A stretch of DNA of 63,618 nucleotides, filler included, from Pirum gemmata (lineage: Eukaryota): assembly GCA_002812295.1 (NCBI GenBank). It is 21 parts of 21 records of this genome, joined end to end, with 100 filler letters (N's around TTAATTAATTAA, not from the genome) between each part and the next. Parts side by side here need not be neighbours in the genome. Positions count along the whole stretch, not along the records: positions 12,215 to 14,969 come from PDIN01004608.1; positions 15,070 to 17,852 come from PDIN01004609.1; positions 17,953 to 20,697 come from PDIN01004610.1; positions 20,798 to 23,572 come from PDIN01004611.1; 17 more parts are not named here. One strand, written 5' to 3'. The position numbers and the translations under genes were made by a program. The notes beneath the pieces are model-generated. The model was not told the origin of the DNA. It did no database searches and saw only the letters and a list, made by a program, of their open reading frames with translations. Positions 12,485 to 23,540 of this stretch are shown here, one piece after another (position 1 is the stretch's first letter; every line of letters starts with the position of its first letter).

Positions 12485-12508
12485 CAAGGACTTCAAAAAA
12501 AGTCCTTG
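12485..12508. mobile_element. 24-bp TIR-only remnant CAAGGACTT..AAGTCCTTG (P-element-like footprint)
   Basis: Perfect 9-bp inverted ends; flanks catatct and gatatct match at 6 of 7. Confidence 0.55.
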
Positions 12509-12844
12509 GATATCTATATATCAGATATGTAGATAGACTATGATGTATACATTACTATACATATATATGTATACATGATATTGTATACATACATATGCAT
12601 TGATACTATCATGATATATGTACACATATGTGAGTTTATCACTGTCACCAAAAGTCATTTGGAGTATAGTTGATAGACCCTACTACCAAGCTAGCTAGCT
12701 ATAGTACCGTGATAGTAGTATCAATATCAGATAGCCTGTACAGGTAAGGGTCGCCAGTAACTGCTCCGAACCAATTTTTTCTGCCTTATATGGAATACCT
12801 TAGCAACCATTTTTGCTGACCATTTTTTTGCCTCAGGCTATAGT

Positions 12845-13076
12845 AGCAGGGGTGTGATATCTTCTGGAACTTTTTTCGAACAGATGCTTATCGAGCCAAC
12901 CTGAGTTCCATGTTCCTTATTAATAATAGGAGTTAAATAGCTTAAAATAGTAAATTTAATTATAGTATATACCAATAAAATTAATAGTATTAACATTAAT
13001 AGTAATAAAACCATAAAATCGATAAAGTTTCGGCAGCTGTTCGGTAATAATAAAATGACGTCATCTCACCCCTACT
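12845..13076 (+). mobile_element. MITE family A, copy 3, with TSD GCTATAG(T/G)
   Basis: gctatagt|agcaggggtgtgatat ... atctcacccctact|gctatagg; colinear with 1101-1331. Confidence 0.88.
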
Positions 13077-13586
13077 GCTATAGGTAGCTATAATAATGTA
13101 TCGTGTCGTATATAGCTAGCTACTAGCTAGCTAGTTAGCTGATAATGCATAGAGATAAGAGATAACATGTGTTTAGCTAAGCCTACCACGGCACCAAATT
13201 AAATTTTAGGGCATTAAATTAATAAATTTCCACATTTTTTATAAGTTACCCTTATCTAAAAAGACACAATTATGAATTTAAAAGTACCAAATAATCTGTT
13301 GGGCTGAGACGAGACGAGCAGCCCTCGAGCTAGACAACTCTCTACTGTCTAGCTAGTAGGACAGATACCCTGTAAGACTCCTGTAATCTATATAATTTGT
13401 AAAAAAAACAAAATACGTCAATTTTGCGTAATTTTTTTGTAAAATTTCTCCTCTCCGAATCTGTAGGTCTTTAAAAAAAAAAAATACTAAAGGTCTACAA
13501 ACCGAACACTCCTAGCTAGCTAGTAGCTACTACTAGCTAGTAGTTATCATTTTCTAATTATTATTATGATATCATATTATTATTAT

Positions 13587-13619
13587 CAAGGACTTCAAAA
13601 AAAGAACCTGAAGTCCTTG
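13587..13619. mobile_element. 33-bp TIR-only remnant CAAGGACTTCA..TGAAGTCCTTG with 7-bp TSD TTATTAT
   Basis: 11-bp inverted ends. The same terminus opens a longer element at 32466 and appears as a lone end at 5059-5069. Confidence 0.6.
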
Positions 13620-14263
13620 TTATTATCCATATTATTATTATTATTATATATTATTATTATTATTATTATTATTGTTTTTTCACGGTGTCTTTTCAGAGGC
13701 GTTTTAGAGATTTAAAAACAGTTTTAATTTTTTGATTTGCTTGATATCATTTGCCATTGAGATAATTAATCAATTTTAAATTTTTGACCATTTTGACGTA
13801 CACAAATTACAAAAATCATTGTAGCTAGAAAGTAGTAAACTACAAGGGATAGGGATAGGGTCTGTAGGGATAGGGTAAGTGGAAGGGTTAGGTTAGGGTA
13901 GATAGACTAGGTCACACATATATAATATGTATATATAGTGCTTGTGGGGATATAAGAGAAAGAGGGCAGCGCAGCTGCGCACTAAGGAAAAGACACGTGA
14001 TAATCCGTCCTTGCCGTTTAATATCTTGGTTTTTGATTAATCATTATACTTTAATTATGGGTATGGAGATAGCTGCCACTTTAACTTACTAACTTAACTC
14101 GCTACTGCGGTATGTAGTTTACTATCATAGTGTTAAAACTCTAACCCAAACCCTTGATTATTGGTATTATTGATGTTAAAAACTAAAAAAATATCGCTGC
14201 GGCGCCTGGGGGACATTTATTTATTTATGATACAATAATAATAATAATAATAATGATAAACAC

Positions 14264-14680
14264 CTAATCTGAAATTTTATTATTCATCACGATAATCACC
14301 GAATTGTTTCCACAAACTTGTAATTTCAAGTTTTCAAGTTTTATGACATGAAGTATATAGAATAAATCTGTACCCACATAAATCGAACCAATCTTTAGAA
14401 TCAACTGGATTATGAACAGATTTTTTACATGCTTTACAAAAGTAATGCCCCACACGTTCACCGCAAATGGTAGAAGTATTAATTAGCAACATTTGCAGAA
14501 CATCAGGTTGCAGAACATCAGGTTTGCGCTTTTTACTCGTCTTATCACTTGTAGGATCTGCTTTCCTTTTTTCAGCTCTTGGTTTTGAAGAAAAGACAAG
14601 AATTTTTACGAACATTCTTATAACCAGGTCCATATTTAAAAGTACACGGTTTTTAAAACGTTTACATACCTCAAAAGTTT
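14264..14680 (-). pseudogene. Degenerate coding fragment with a Cys/His cluster (CG..GHYFCKACKKSVH..CG), possibly a transposase C-terminal zinc-binding domain
   Basis: Basic NLS-like stretch followed by a C/H cluster split over two frames. Family not securely recognised. Confidence 0.3.
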
Positions 14681-15247
14681 TATTGTTATTGTTATTGTTA
14701 TTGTTATTGTTATTGTTATTGTTATTGTTATTGTTATTGTTATTGTTATTGTTATTGTTATTGTTATTGTTATTTTTATTGGTATTGGTATTGGTATGGT
14801 TAATATTGTTATTGTTATTGTTATTAATACTATTACTGTTATTGTTGGTGTTACTGTTACTACTGGTATTGTTATTGTTATTGTTATTGTTATTGTTATT
14901 GTTAACGTTATTGTTATTAGAAGGGCTATAAAATTAGTATTAGTATTAGTATTAGTATTAATATTAGTANNNNNNNNNNNNNNNNNNNNNNNNNNNNNNN
15001 NNNNNNNNNNNNNTTAATTAATTAANNNNNNNNNNNNNNNNNNNNNNNNNNNNNNNNNNNNNNNNNNNNTAATAATAATAATAATAATAATATGATAGTA
15101 AAAATATTGTAAAGTTATTTAGGTTGGTTTATGAAGATAATATTTGATATAAATGTATAGATATGATAGACTAGTATTTTTTTTTATATGATAATATTAT
15201 GATATCGATATGTCATAATATTATCATACATAGACTAGTATTCAAAT

Positions 15248-16518
15248 TTACCCCTTTTTTCGTTTTTTTTTGTTTTTCTGGGGTCCTAAATTCCTAATAT
15301 AAAAATGGACTGTAGATTCAGTGTAGAACTGCCAAGCCACAAAGTCATTGTCGAAACAATGACGAGTTAAGTAAAGTAATAAAATATTTCTAGCTCCATT
15401 AACATCACGATCAACTTCATAGTTACAACTACCACTCTTACATTTGAATGTTTTTCCTGTAAACTTAGGATTAATAAAGCCACATATACCACAAGTACGA
15501 CTAGTATAAGCTTCATCACAAACTACAACCTTACAACCTTGAATTACTTGAGTTTTAGCAATCAACAATTATCGAAACCTATAATGAGCCCATGAACACA
15601 TCCCACGTACAGTTTTGCTATGTAATTTACGATCAGCTTTTCTAATCATTCTACCAGTATCAAATTTTGGGATCAGAATTACTTTATAATTATTAACTAA
15701 CCAACATACTAATTTGCGATGTACATCATCGATCTTGTTCCGAATTCTATCAATTTGTCTATAATAAGCACGTTTCATGTTTTTTCTTTGCCGTTTATAT
15801 TTTTTTCCTTTCTTGTTTTGTATTTTGTCAACTATAGATTGTAACTTATCTAAGCCCAGACTCATTTCAAATATTCGTCGCATGTCTCCATCACCCCAAT
15901 GGTAAACTACACCATTATATTACTATCGTATAAGGTTTGAAAAGTACGAACACCTGGATCCATTGCAATAACACGATAAACATCATTTCTTTGATTATAT
16001 TGTTCTTCACTAATAACACCACCTCGTGGTTCTTGAGGTAAGTGGTAGTAATAATGAGCCAATCTAGTCATAGAAATTTCAAATGTATTTTTGATACTTG
16101 GTAAGTAAGCTTGTTTTTCAGTCAATCTAGGTCCACTTTTTTGTTGCATTTGTCGATTAATATAACCATCAATATAGTCATTTTGCTTTAACAATACTCG
16201 TACATCTTGTCCTGACTTCGCCTTGTATTTTCGTGAAACCTGTGCACCATTAAAAGCTCTTTCAGTCACTTTAATATTACAATTAAAGCCACGTTTACGA
16301 CGATAACTAACACTATACTCAATCTCAGGTTCACCAGCATCACTTAACTTTTCATTTACAGCTTCAGCTGAGTTTAAAGCATCCACAAACTCATTAATAC
16401 TAGCATCAGTTATTGAATCAGGAACGTCAAAATACCAAGGGTTATTTTGTTTGTTGTAATCAGACTTTAAATATGATCTTTTAATAACAATTTTAATCTT
16501 GCACTCGTTCTTTCTCTT
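15248..16518 (-). pseudogene. tnpB: Fanzor (eukaryotic TnpB-family RNA-guided nuclease), 5'-truncated and disrupted
   Basis: PWYFDVPDSITDASINEF, RuvC-I VIAMDPGVRTF, ILIPKFDT (Pro at the canonical Glu), shifted Glu in VCDEAYTSRTCGICG, CxxC zinc finger, RuvC-III DRDVNGARNI. One 5-bp frameshift insertion near 15915 and one in-frame TAA at 15569-15571. Confidence 0.93.
15290..15370 (-). ncRNA. Candidate Fanzor omega-RNA (guide scaffold) overlapping the ORF 3' end
   Basis: Perfect hairpin GUCAUUGU-UUCG-ACAAUGAC (15344-15363) just after the RuvC-III motif, followed by a weaker second stem. The position matches known TnpB/Fanzor RNAs; boundaries are uncertain. Confidence 0.45.
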
Positions 16519-16566
16519 TTACTACCATGTGAGTGAGGACTAGGAAAATTGTTAAAATGACTACGA

Positions 16567-16995
16567 TATTAATGAGTTTGTGGATGCTTTACACTCAGCT
16601 GAAGCTGTAAATGAAAAGTTGAGTGATGCTGGTGAACCTGATATTGAGTATATTGTTAGTTATCGTCGTAAACGTGACTTTAATTGTAATATTAAAGACA
16701 AGATGTACAAGTATTGTTAAAGCAAAATGACTATATTGATGGTTATATTAATCGACAAATGCAACAAAAAAGTGGACCTAGATTGACTGAAAAACGAGCT
16801 TACTTACCAAGTATCAAAAATACATTTGAAATTTCTATGACTAGATTGGGTCATTATTACTACCACTTACCTCAAGAACCACGAGGTGTGTTATTAGTGA
16901 AGAACAATATAATCAAAGAAATGATGTTTATCGTGTTATTGCAATGGATCCAGGTGTTCGTACTTTTCAAACCTTACACGATAGTAATGGTGTAG
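16567..16995 (+). pseudogene. Second, inverted partial Fanzor copy (region up to RuvC-I) with an internal deletion
   Basis: Reverse-complement match to 15907-16399. It lacks ~57 bp after ...aatattaaa and lacks the 5-bp insertion of the long copy. Confidence 0.92.
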
Positions 16996-17611
16996 ACGAT
17001 ATGGAGAAAGAAAGAGCTTTCGATTGATGCCAAAAACTTCTCAATTCGTCAACTTTGTTCCCTGCTCCCCCCACCTTCACCTTACTCCAACCTTAATAAC
17101 CTACAACCCTAGCTAGACTCCCCCAACAGGGAACTCGAAACGTCGCTATTCCGTTATCATTACCCCCCAGTATATTATGTGTTAAATATTATTATCACCT
17201 GTTTCCAGTCCTAACGACAGTGCATAGTCACAATATTCCTCTTCAGAAGTAGCGTCACTTACTATTGTCGACATGTTAGTATTAATATCAGGGCAATATC
17301 TGATGGTTCTCAATTTAAAAGCAAACTCGCTAAGTATCCACTTTCATCTCCATTCGAAGTTAGGCTCACCGTGAAGGCAGACGAACTGCAAAGTGTTACA
17401 AGAATCGACCTACTTTGAATATTATTGCTTACATACAGATGCAGAGGAAAAAGCGCAGACTGAAAAAAGATTCTATAACTAGTACTTGCCATTGCGATAC
17501 TTGTGGACCATCTACGGACACAAACACATAAGTATTCGAAAAAACAGTAAATAATTCTTCTAGTTTATTGGTAAATAATAATAATAATAATAATAATAAT
17601 ATATACGAGCA

Positions 17612-17789
17612 GAAAGATTTTCCTGTTTTTATGCCGATACCCTTATCTATACCAAATTTAGATATGGCTGGTTTGGATTTAATGTCAAAAATGTTGGTGT
17701 ACATGCCTGATTTTCGAATTAGTGCCGAAAATGCGCTCAAACATGCGTATTTCAATGATATTCCGCCGCAAATAAAGGCGATGTGTTGA
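17612..17789 (+). CDS. Terminal exon or fragment of a cyclin-dependent-kinase-like protein (subdomain XI)
   Basis: PNLDMAGLDLMSKMLVYMPDFRISAENALKHAYFND resembles CDK C-termini. An AG acceptor follows an AAT tract; upstream exons are not seen. Confidence 0.7.
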
Positions 17790-18239
17790 TTTTATTTTTA
17801 AAAATATATTTTGTTTCAGTTTTTTTTTTGTGTTTTTTGTTTTTTGTTTTTTNNNNNNNNNNNNNNNNNNNNNNNNNNNNNNNNNNNNNNNNNNNNTTAA
17901 TTAATTAANNNNNNNNNNNNNNNNNNNNNNNNNNNNNNNNNNNNNNNNNNNNATGATTTTTTTTCCAAACTAAATCTACCCCTCCAAAAAAAATTCCGAT
18001 ATAGTCTATCTATAGTCTATTTCAACACTTATCTTTATCGTTTGCAACACATTATTATCATCATGGTAAAATAAAATACTAAATTAAGTAAGCTATGGCT
18101 AAAACAAGTAAATTTGAGATATAAAATAAGAAAAATAAAACGCCAAAAAAAAAAAAGTCTAAAACAATATTTTTTTTTGTATTATTATAGTGTTATTATT
18201 AAAAACACTATGTTTTAAACTGGTATAATATGTTAATTA

Positions 18240-18690
18240 GTTAATTAATACGTTAAAATCATATTTATTCAAGTATGATAGTATATCCATAGGTGCTAGT
18301 TCTTCATTTACACATCTGTTTTGAAAATTTACCAAAAAGAAACAAACTTTTGTTACTTCATTTATCATTGGTATCATATACATGTCAACTTAGCCACCGA
18401 TGATTGCAATTTTGAACCCCTTGTCAGCCATAACTAAACTACCTTTCCATAATTTACAAAACAACTCTTTTTGATATTTTACAGTTATATCTCTATCACT
18501 TATACCACCAGGGTGACATTCTGAAACAAAAGTTACATGTCGAGTAGAAGATATTCCAACAAGAGCCTTCAAAGTATTATGATGTTTACATTCAGACCAT
18601 GTTGCACTCTGAAGTTCTCTTGAAGATGGTGTGTTTATGAAAAGTTCAGTAGCATCAATTATTAAAGCTGTGGTGGGATATTTTTCGTTA
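18240..18690 (-). mobile_element. Harbinger/ISL2EU-type DDE_Tnp_4 transposase remnant
   Basis: IIDATELFINTPSS.ELQSATWSECKHHNTLKALVGIS..FVS..GGISD, VMADKGF and terminal VCFFLVNFQ. The segment with the catalytic Glu appears deleted. Confidence 0.85.
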
Positions 18691-18716
18691 AATCATTTTA
18701 ATATATACCTTTATCG

Positions 18717-19095
18717 ATGAAACTTTTTTCCAATATATTATCTGGGTTAAACGAAGGATGTTCAAAAAATTTAATCAACAAACTTATTATTTTAAAATTA
18801 ATGAGAGCAGCATTTTATGGTTGTTATGTTTGTCTTAAAATGAAGAATGTTTTGACTGATGAGCATTATGGACCTAAAGCTTACGATATTGAAATAGAAT
18901 ATGCTTATTGTACTTGTGTGAAATGGGTAAATATGGAAAGTGTAGACATGTTGCTGGCTTGTTATTTTTAATTTATTATCATTGGAGATGGCGTAAGGAC
19001 CCAGAGAACTACAAAGTGTGTACAGTTATTCGAAGCCAGTTTAATGTTTCAGGTGATGGTAACAAAGAAGCAAGAGCAATACCAATTAAAGAGTG
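18717..19095 (+). mobile_element. SWIM zinc-finger ORF remnant (second ORF typical of ISL2EU elements), frameshifted
   Basis: AYCTC..GK.GKCRHVAGLLF...CT split across two frames, divergent from the DDE_Tnp_4 remnant. Confidence 0.7.
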
Positions 19096-19099
19096 AGAT

Positions 19100-19171
<72 letters not shown>

Positions 19172-19829
19172 GCAACAACAACAACAACAACAACAGCAAC
19201 AACAGCGCCACCAACCACAAACACAACAACCACTTACACGGCATCATTATAACAATCCATATTACAACAACCCATACCTACCACTATTTCCATACACGAT
19301 CAACGAAAACCACAACGACGATGACGATAACGATNTACCTACCACTATTTCCATACACGATCAACGAAAACCACAACGACGATGACGATAACGATTATGA
19401 TAACCACGACTATGAGCACAACTCAACGAACGAACAACGACGACGCTCACAACGCAACACAAACAGAACACACAACTACAACGAAGTCACCATGACCAAC
19501 ATCAACACCAGCAATAACGGCCACAAAAACAACACAACATACCTGCATCAGCATTCACGCCAACAACAAACACCATTAACACCCACACCATCAGCACTCA
19601 CACCAGCACCAACTGCAACAACACCACCACAGCAACAGCAGCAACAGCAGCAACATATCCACAAATCACCACGAACACACCCGTCAGGGATAAAATACAA
19701 TGAAGTATCGATGACAAAAAACCATACATACTTTTCACAAACATCCACAGCATCGCACAAAGAACATACACAACACACCACACCAGCAACTAAGATGATA
19801 GAATTAATAGAACAAACCAACTATCACAC

Positions 19830-20697
19830 ACACCTTACATTTACAGAAGCAATCAATCAATCAGACAAGGAACAATATATCGAAGCAATAGTTAGCGAAT
19901 TCAACGCAACGAAAAATTCCGAATAGTGGATAGGAAATCCGTTCCCGACAACGAACACGCACAACACAATATGGGGAATAAAAATCAAACAAGATGGGCG
20001 ATATAAAGCAAAGCTGAATCGTCGACCACCAACAGAAGATACTTACTCCCCGGTACTACCCAGTGAAGCAACACGCACACTCATAGCACATTCGGCCAAG
20101 ATAAATCAACCAATTCAGCATTACGATGTCTCAACGCATTCCTACACAAATCCACACCAACCCCACCAACATACATCAATATTCCCCAAGGCATGTACTT
20201 AATCAAAAAACTGCTATCACCAGAACAGCAACGATTACTAGCACGACATTACGACCCGAACGATCAATGTGCAATACAGGTCGGAGTAGCTAGGTATGGC
20301 AAACGTGACGCATCCATGCTCTTTAACCAAAGCATGAGTAATGTAATACGACAACACAACTATAACATACACAAAGTAAAATCATGCATAGCAATATCAC
20401 CGAATGGCAAAACGGCAGTAGGATTGTATGTAGACGACGTATCCACTGAAACACTTAGGAGAAGCACAGGTCATAATCGGCATGGAAATACAGCAAAGTG
20501 AGACCCATACGAAAATACACCAACAAAAATACATACAGAACGTTATAAACCAACTTCGAATACCAATTAACACAAAAATAAGCACACCAATGGCAACCAC
20601 ATTTGCAAAACTCATCAAACAATTAGCACACAACAACCACCACATATCCAAACGATTACTAATAGAATATGCTATAAGAAAAAACGAGAATACGTGG
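19830..20697 (+). mobile_element. Ty1/Copia LTR-retrotransposon reverse transcriptase remnant
   Basis: TFTEAIN..EAIVSEF, W.IKIK.DGRYKAKL, TYSPV, HYDVS, YGKRDA and LYVDD motifs, interrupted by stops and frameshifts. Confidence 0.85.
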
Positions 20698-20797
20698 NNN
20701 NNNNNNNNNNNNNNNNNNNNNNNNNNNNNNNNNNNNNNNNNTTAATTAATTAANNNNNNNNNNNNNNNNNNNNNNNNNNNNNNNNNNNNNNNNNNNN

Positions 20798-21281
20798 CTC
20801 TAACCTAACCCTTAACACCCAGTACCCAAACCCTAATTAATATAACCCCTAGCCCCAAAACTCCTAATACTTAACTTTGAACCCTAACCCCAATCCCAAC
20901 CGTAACCGTAACCCTTAACCGTAATTGTAACCGTAACCGTAACCCTTAGCCGTAATTGTAACCGTAACCGTAACCCTTAGCCGTAATTGTAACCGTAACC
21001 GTAACCGTAACCCTTAGCCGTAATTGTAACCGTAACCCTTAGCCGTAATTGTAACCATAACCGTAACCCTTAGCCTTAACCGTAACCGTAACCGTAACCG
21101 TAACCGTAACCGTAACCGTAACTGTAACCGCAACCGTAACCATTTACCCTAACCTTTTCCCCTAACCCTAACCCTAACCCTTTATCCAACCCCCAACCCC
21201 CAACCTCCAGCCCCTAATGCCTAACCCTAACCCTAACCCTACCCCCTTACCCTAATTTTTACCCCTTTCCCTAACCCTAAC
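20798..21281 (+). repeat. Intronic telomere-like C-strand array (CCCTAA/CCGTAA/CCTTAG variants)
   Basis: Direct reading; ends just before the acceptor at 21290-21291. Confidence 0.9.
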
Positions 21282-21291
21282 TATATTTAAG

Positions 21292-23540
21292 GTGTTTTCC
21301 CCGCCAAACCTATTGCCGAACTACAATATGAAGCTATGAGTGAATTTTTGGATTTGTGCAATGAAGAGGATTTGGAATCTGACTATTTGATTTCTAGTGA
21401 TGAGTAAGTCATATAATATTTAGAGTTAAGGTTAAGGTTAGGGTTAGGGTTAGGGTTAGTATTTAGTGTTAAGGTTGGGGTTAGGGTTTAAGGTTATGGA
21501 TTAAGGTTAAGGTTAAGGTTAGGGATAGGGTTAGAGTAAGGGGTAGGGTTAAGGTTAAGGTTAGGGTTAGGGTTAGGGTTAGGTGGTAGGATTAGGGTTA
21601 GGGTTAGGGTTAGGGGTGGGATTAGGGTTAGGGTTAGGGATGAGTTAAGGTTAAGGTTAAGGTTATGGTTAGCATTAGGATTGGGATTGGGGTTTAAGGT
21701 TAGGGTTAATGTTAGGATTGATTAAGGTTAGAGTTAGGGTTTAAGGCCACCACCACCACCACCACACACTGGTTGATACGGGAAAACATAATCGAATCAA
21801 ACCGCTCGATCCTAATTATTGAATAGTAACAATTTTGAAATGATATTCTTGTTTTTTCGAGTTTTGAATTTTTTCTATGAACTTTCTAAGAATTTCTAAG
21901 AATTTTTTAATGAAATCAGAAGTAAGTCAAGTCAATACTTAAAATTAGATCGAAAAATTTCGAAAATGTCGAACTAGTCTCGATTCGATGCCCCCCATTC
22001 CCCCCCCCCCACACATCACCCTGTTTTTTTTAATGAAATCAAAAGTGAATCAATACTTAAAATTAGATCGAAAAGTTTCGAAAGTTTCGAACTAGTCTCG
22101 ATTCGATGGTCCCCCCCCCCTCTTTGTTTATTTAACTAAAAACTAACCCTAACAAAAATAAAACAGAGAAGAAAGGTCAGAACTAATAACAGGAATAACA
22201 ATTACAAGTGGTATTATTACAAAATACCCCGACCCACAGTGACACCTCTTTGTTGATTTAACTAAAAACTAATCCGAAGAATAATAAAACAGAGAAGAAG
22301 GGTCAGAACTAACAACACGAATAACAATTACAAGTGGTATTGTTACAAAATACCCCAATCCACAATGGCATCTCTTTGTTTATAACTAAAAACCAACCCT
22401 GACAATAATAGAATAGAGAAGAAGGGTCAGAACTAACACCATGAATAACAATTACAAGTGGTTTTATTACAAAATACCCCAACCCACAATGACATCTCTT
22501 TGTTTATTTAACTAAAAACTAACCCTAACCCTAACAATAGTAAAACAGAGAAGAAGGCACAGAACTAACAACACGAATAACAATTACAATTAATAACAAT
22601 TACAATTAATATTATTACAAGATACCCCAACCCACAATGACACCTCTTTGTTTATAACTAAAAACTAACCCTGACAACAATAAAACAGAGAAGAAGGGTC
22701 AGAGCTAACAACAGAACTAACAATTACAAGTGGTATTATTACGAAATACCCCATCCCACAATGACATGTCTTTGTTGATTTAAGTAAAAACTAACCCAAC
22801 AATAATAAAACAGAGAAGAAGGGTCAGAACTAACAACACGAATAACAATTGCAAGTAGTATTATTGCAAAATACCCCAACCCACAATGCCATCTCTTTGT
22901 TTTTATAACTAAAAACTAACCCTAACACTAATAAAACAGAGAAGAAGGGTCAGAACTAACATAAATAATTGCAAGTGGTATTATTACAAAATACCCCAAC
23001 CCACAATGACATATCATTGTTTATTATCTAAAAACTAACCCTAACACTAATAAAACAGAGAAGAAGGGTCAGAACTAACAACAGGAATACCAATTACAAG
23101 TGAAATTATAACAGAGTACCCCAACCCAGTATTTGTGAGATTAGCTGAATACCAAAGTGCGCTTAAAACTTTAAATGAAAATATCAAAGCTTTGGAGGCT
23201 GAGCTAGATGATAGTTTTTTTTCAGACGATGACAATAATAAAAATTGCGACTTTCAAGAAAAAGAGGTATGTTATAATGATAATGATAATGATAATGATA
23301 ATGATAATGATATTGATAATGATAATGATAATGATGATAATGATAATGATAATGATAATGATGATAATGATAATGATAATGATAATGGTAATTATAAAGA
23401 TAATGATAATGATGATAATGATAATGCACTTAAAAATCTAAATGAAAATATCATAACTTTGGAGGCTGAATTAGATAATAGTTTTTTTTCAGATGATGAC
23501 AATAATAAAAATTGTGACTTTCAAGAAAGAGAGGTATGTT

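Noticed and set aside
15569..15571. Alternative genetic code (TAA=Gln) to explain the Fanzor internal stop
   Set aside because: Intact host genes (permease, both GPCR-like genes, kinase) end in TAA and long ORFs have no internal TAA, so a C>T nonsense change is simpler.
22120..23130. Possible CRISPR-like array
   Set aside because: The whole unit is conserved with no unique spacers, the context is eukaryotic and no cas genes are present. It is a tandem duplication of an intron-exon boundary.
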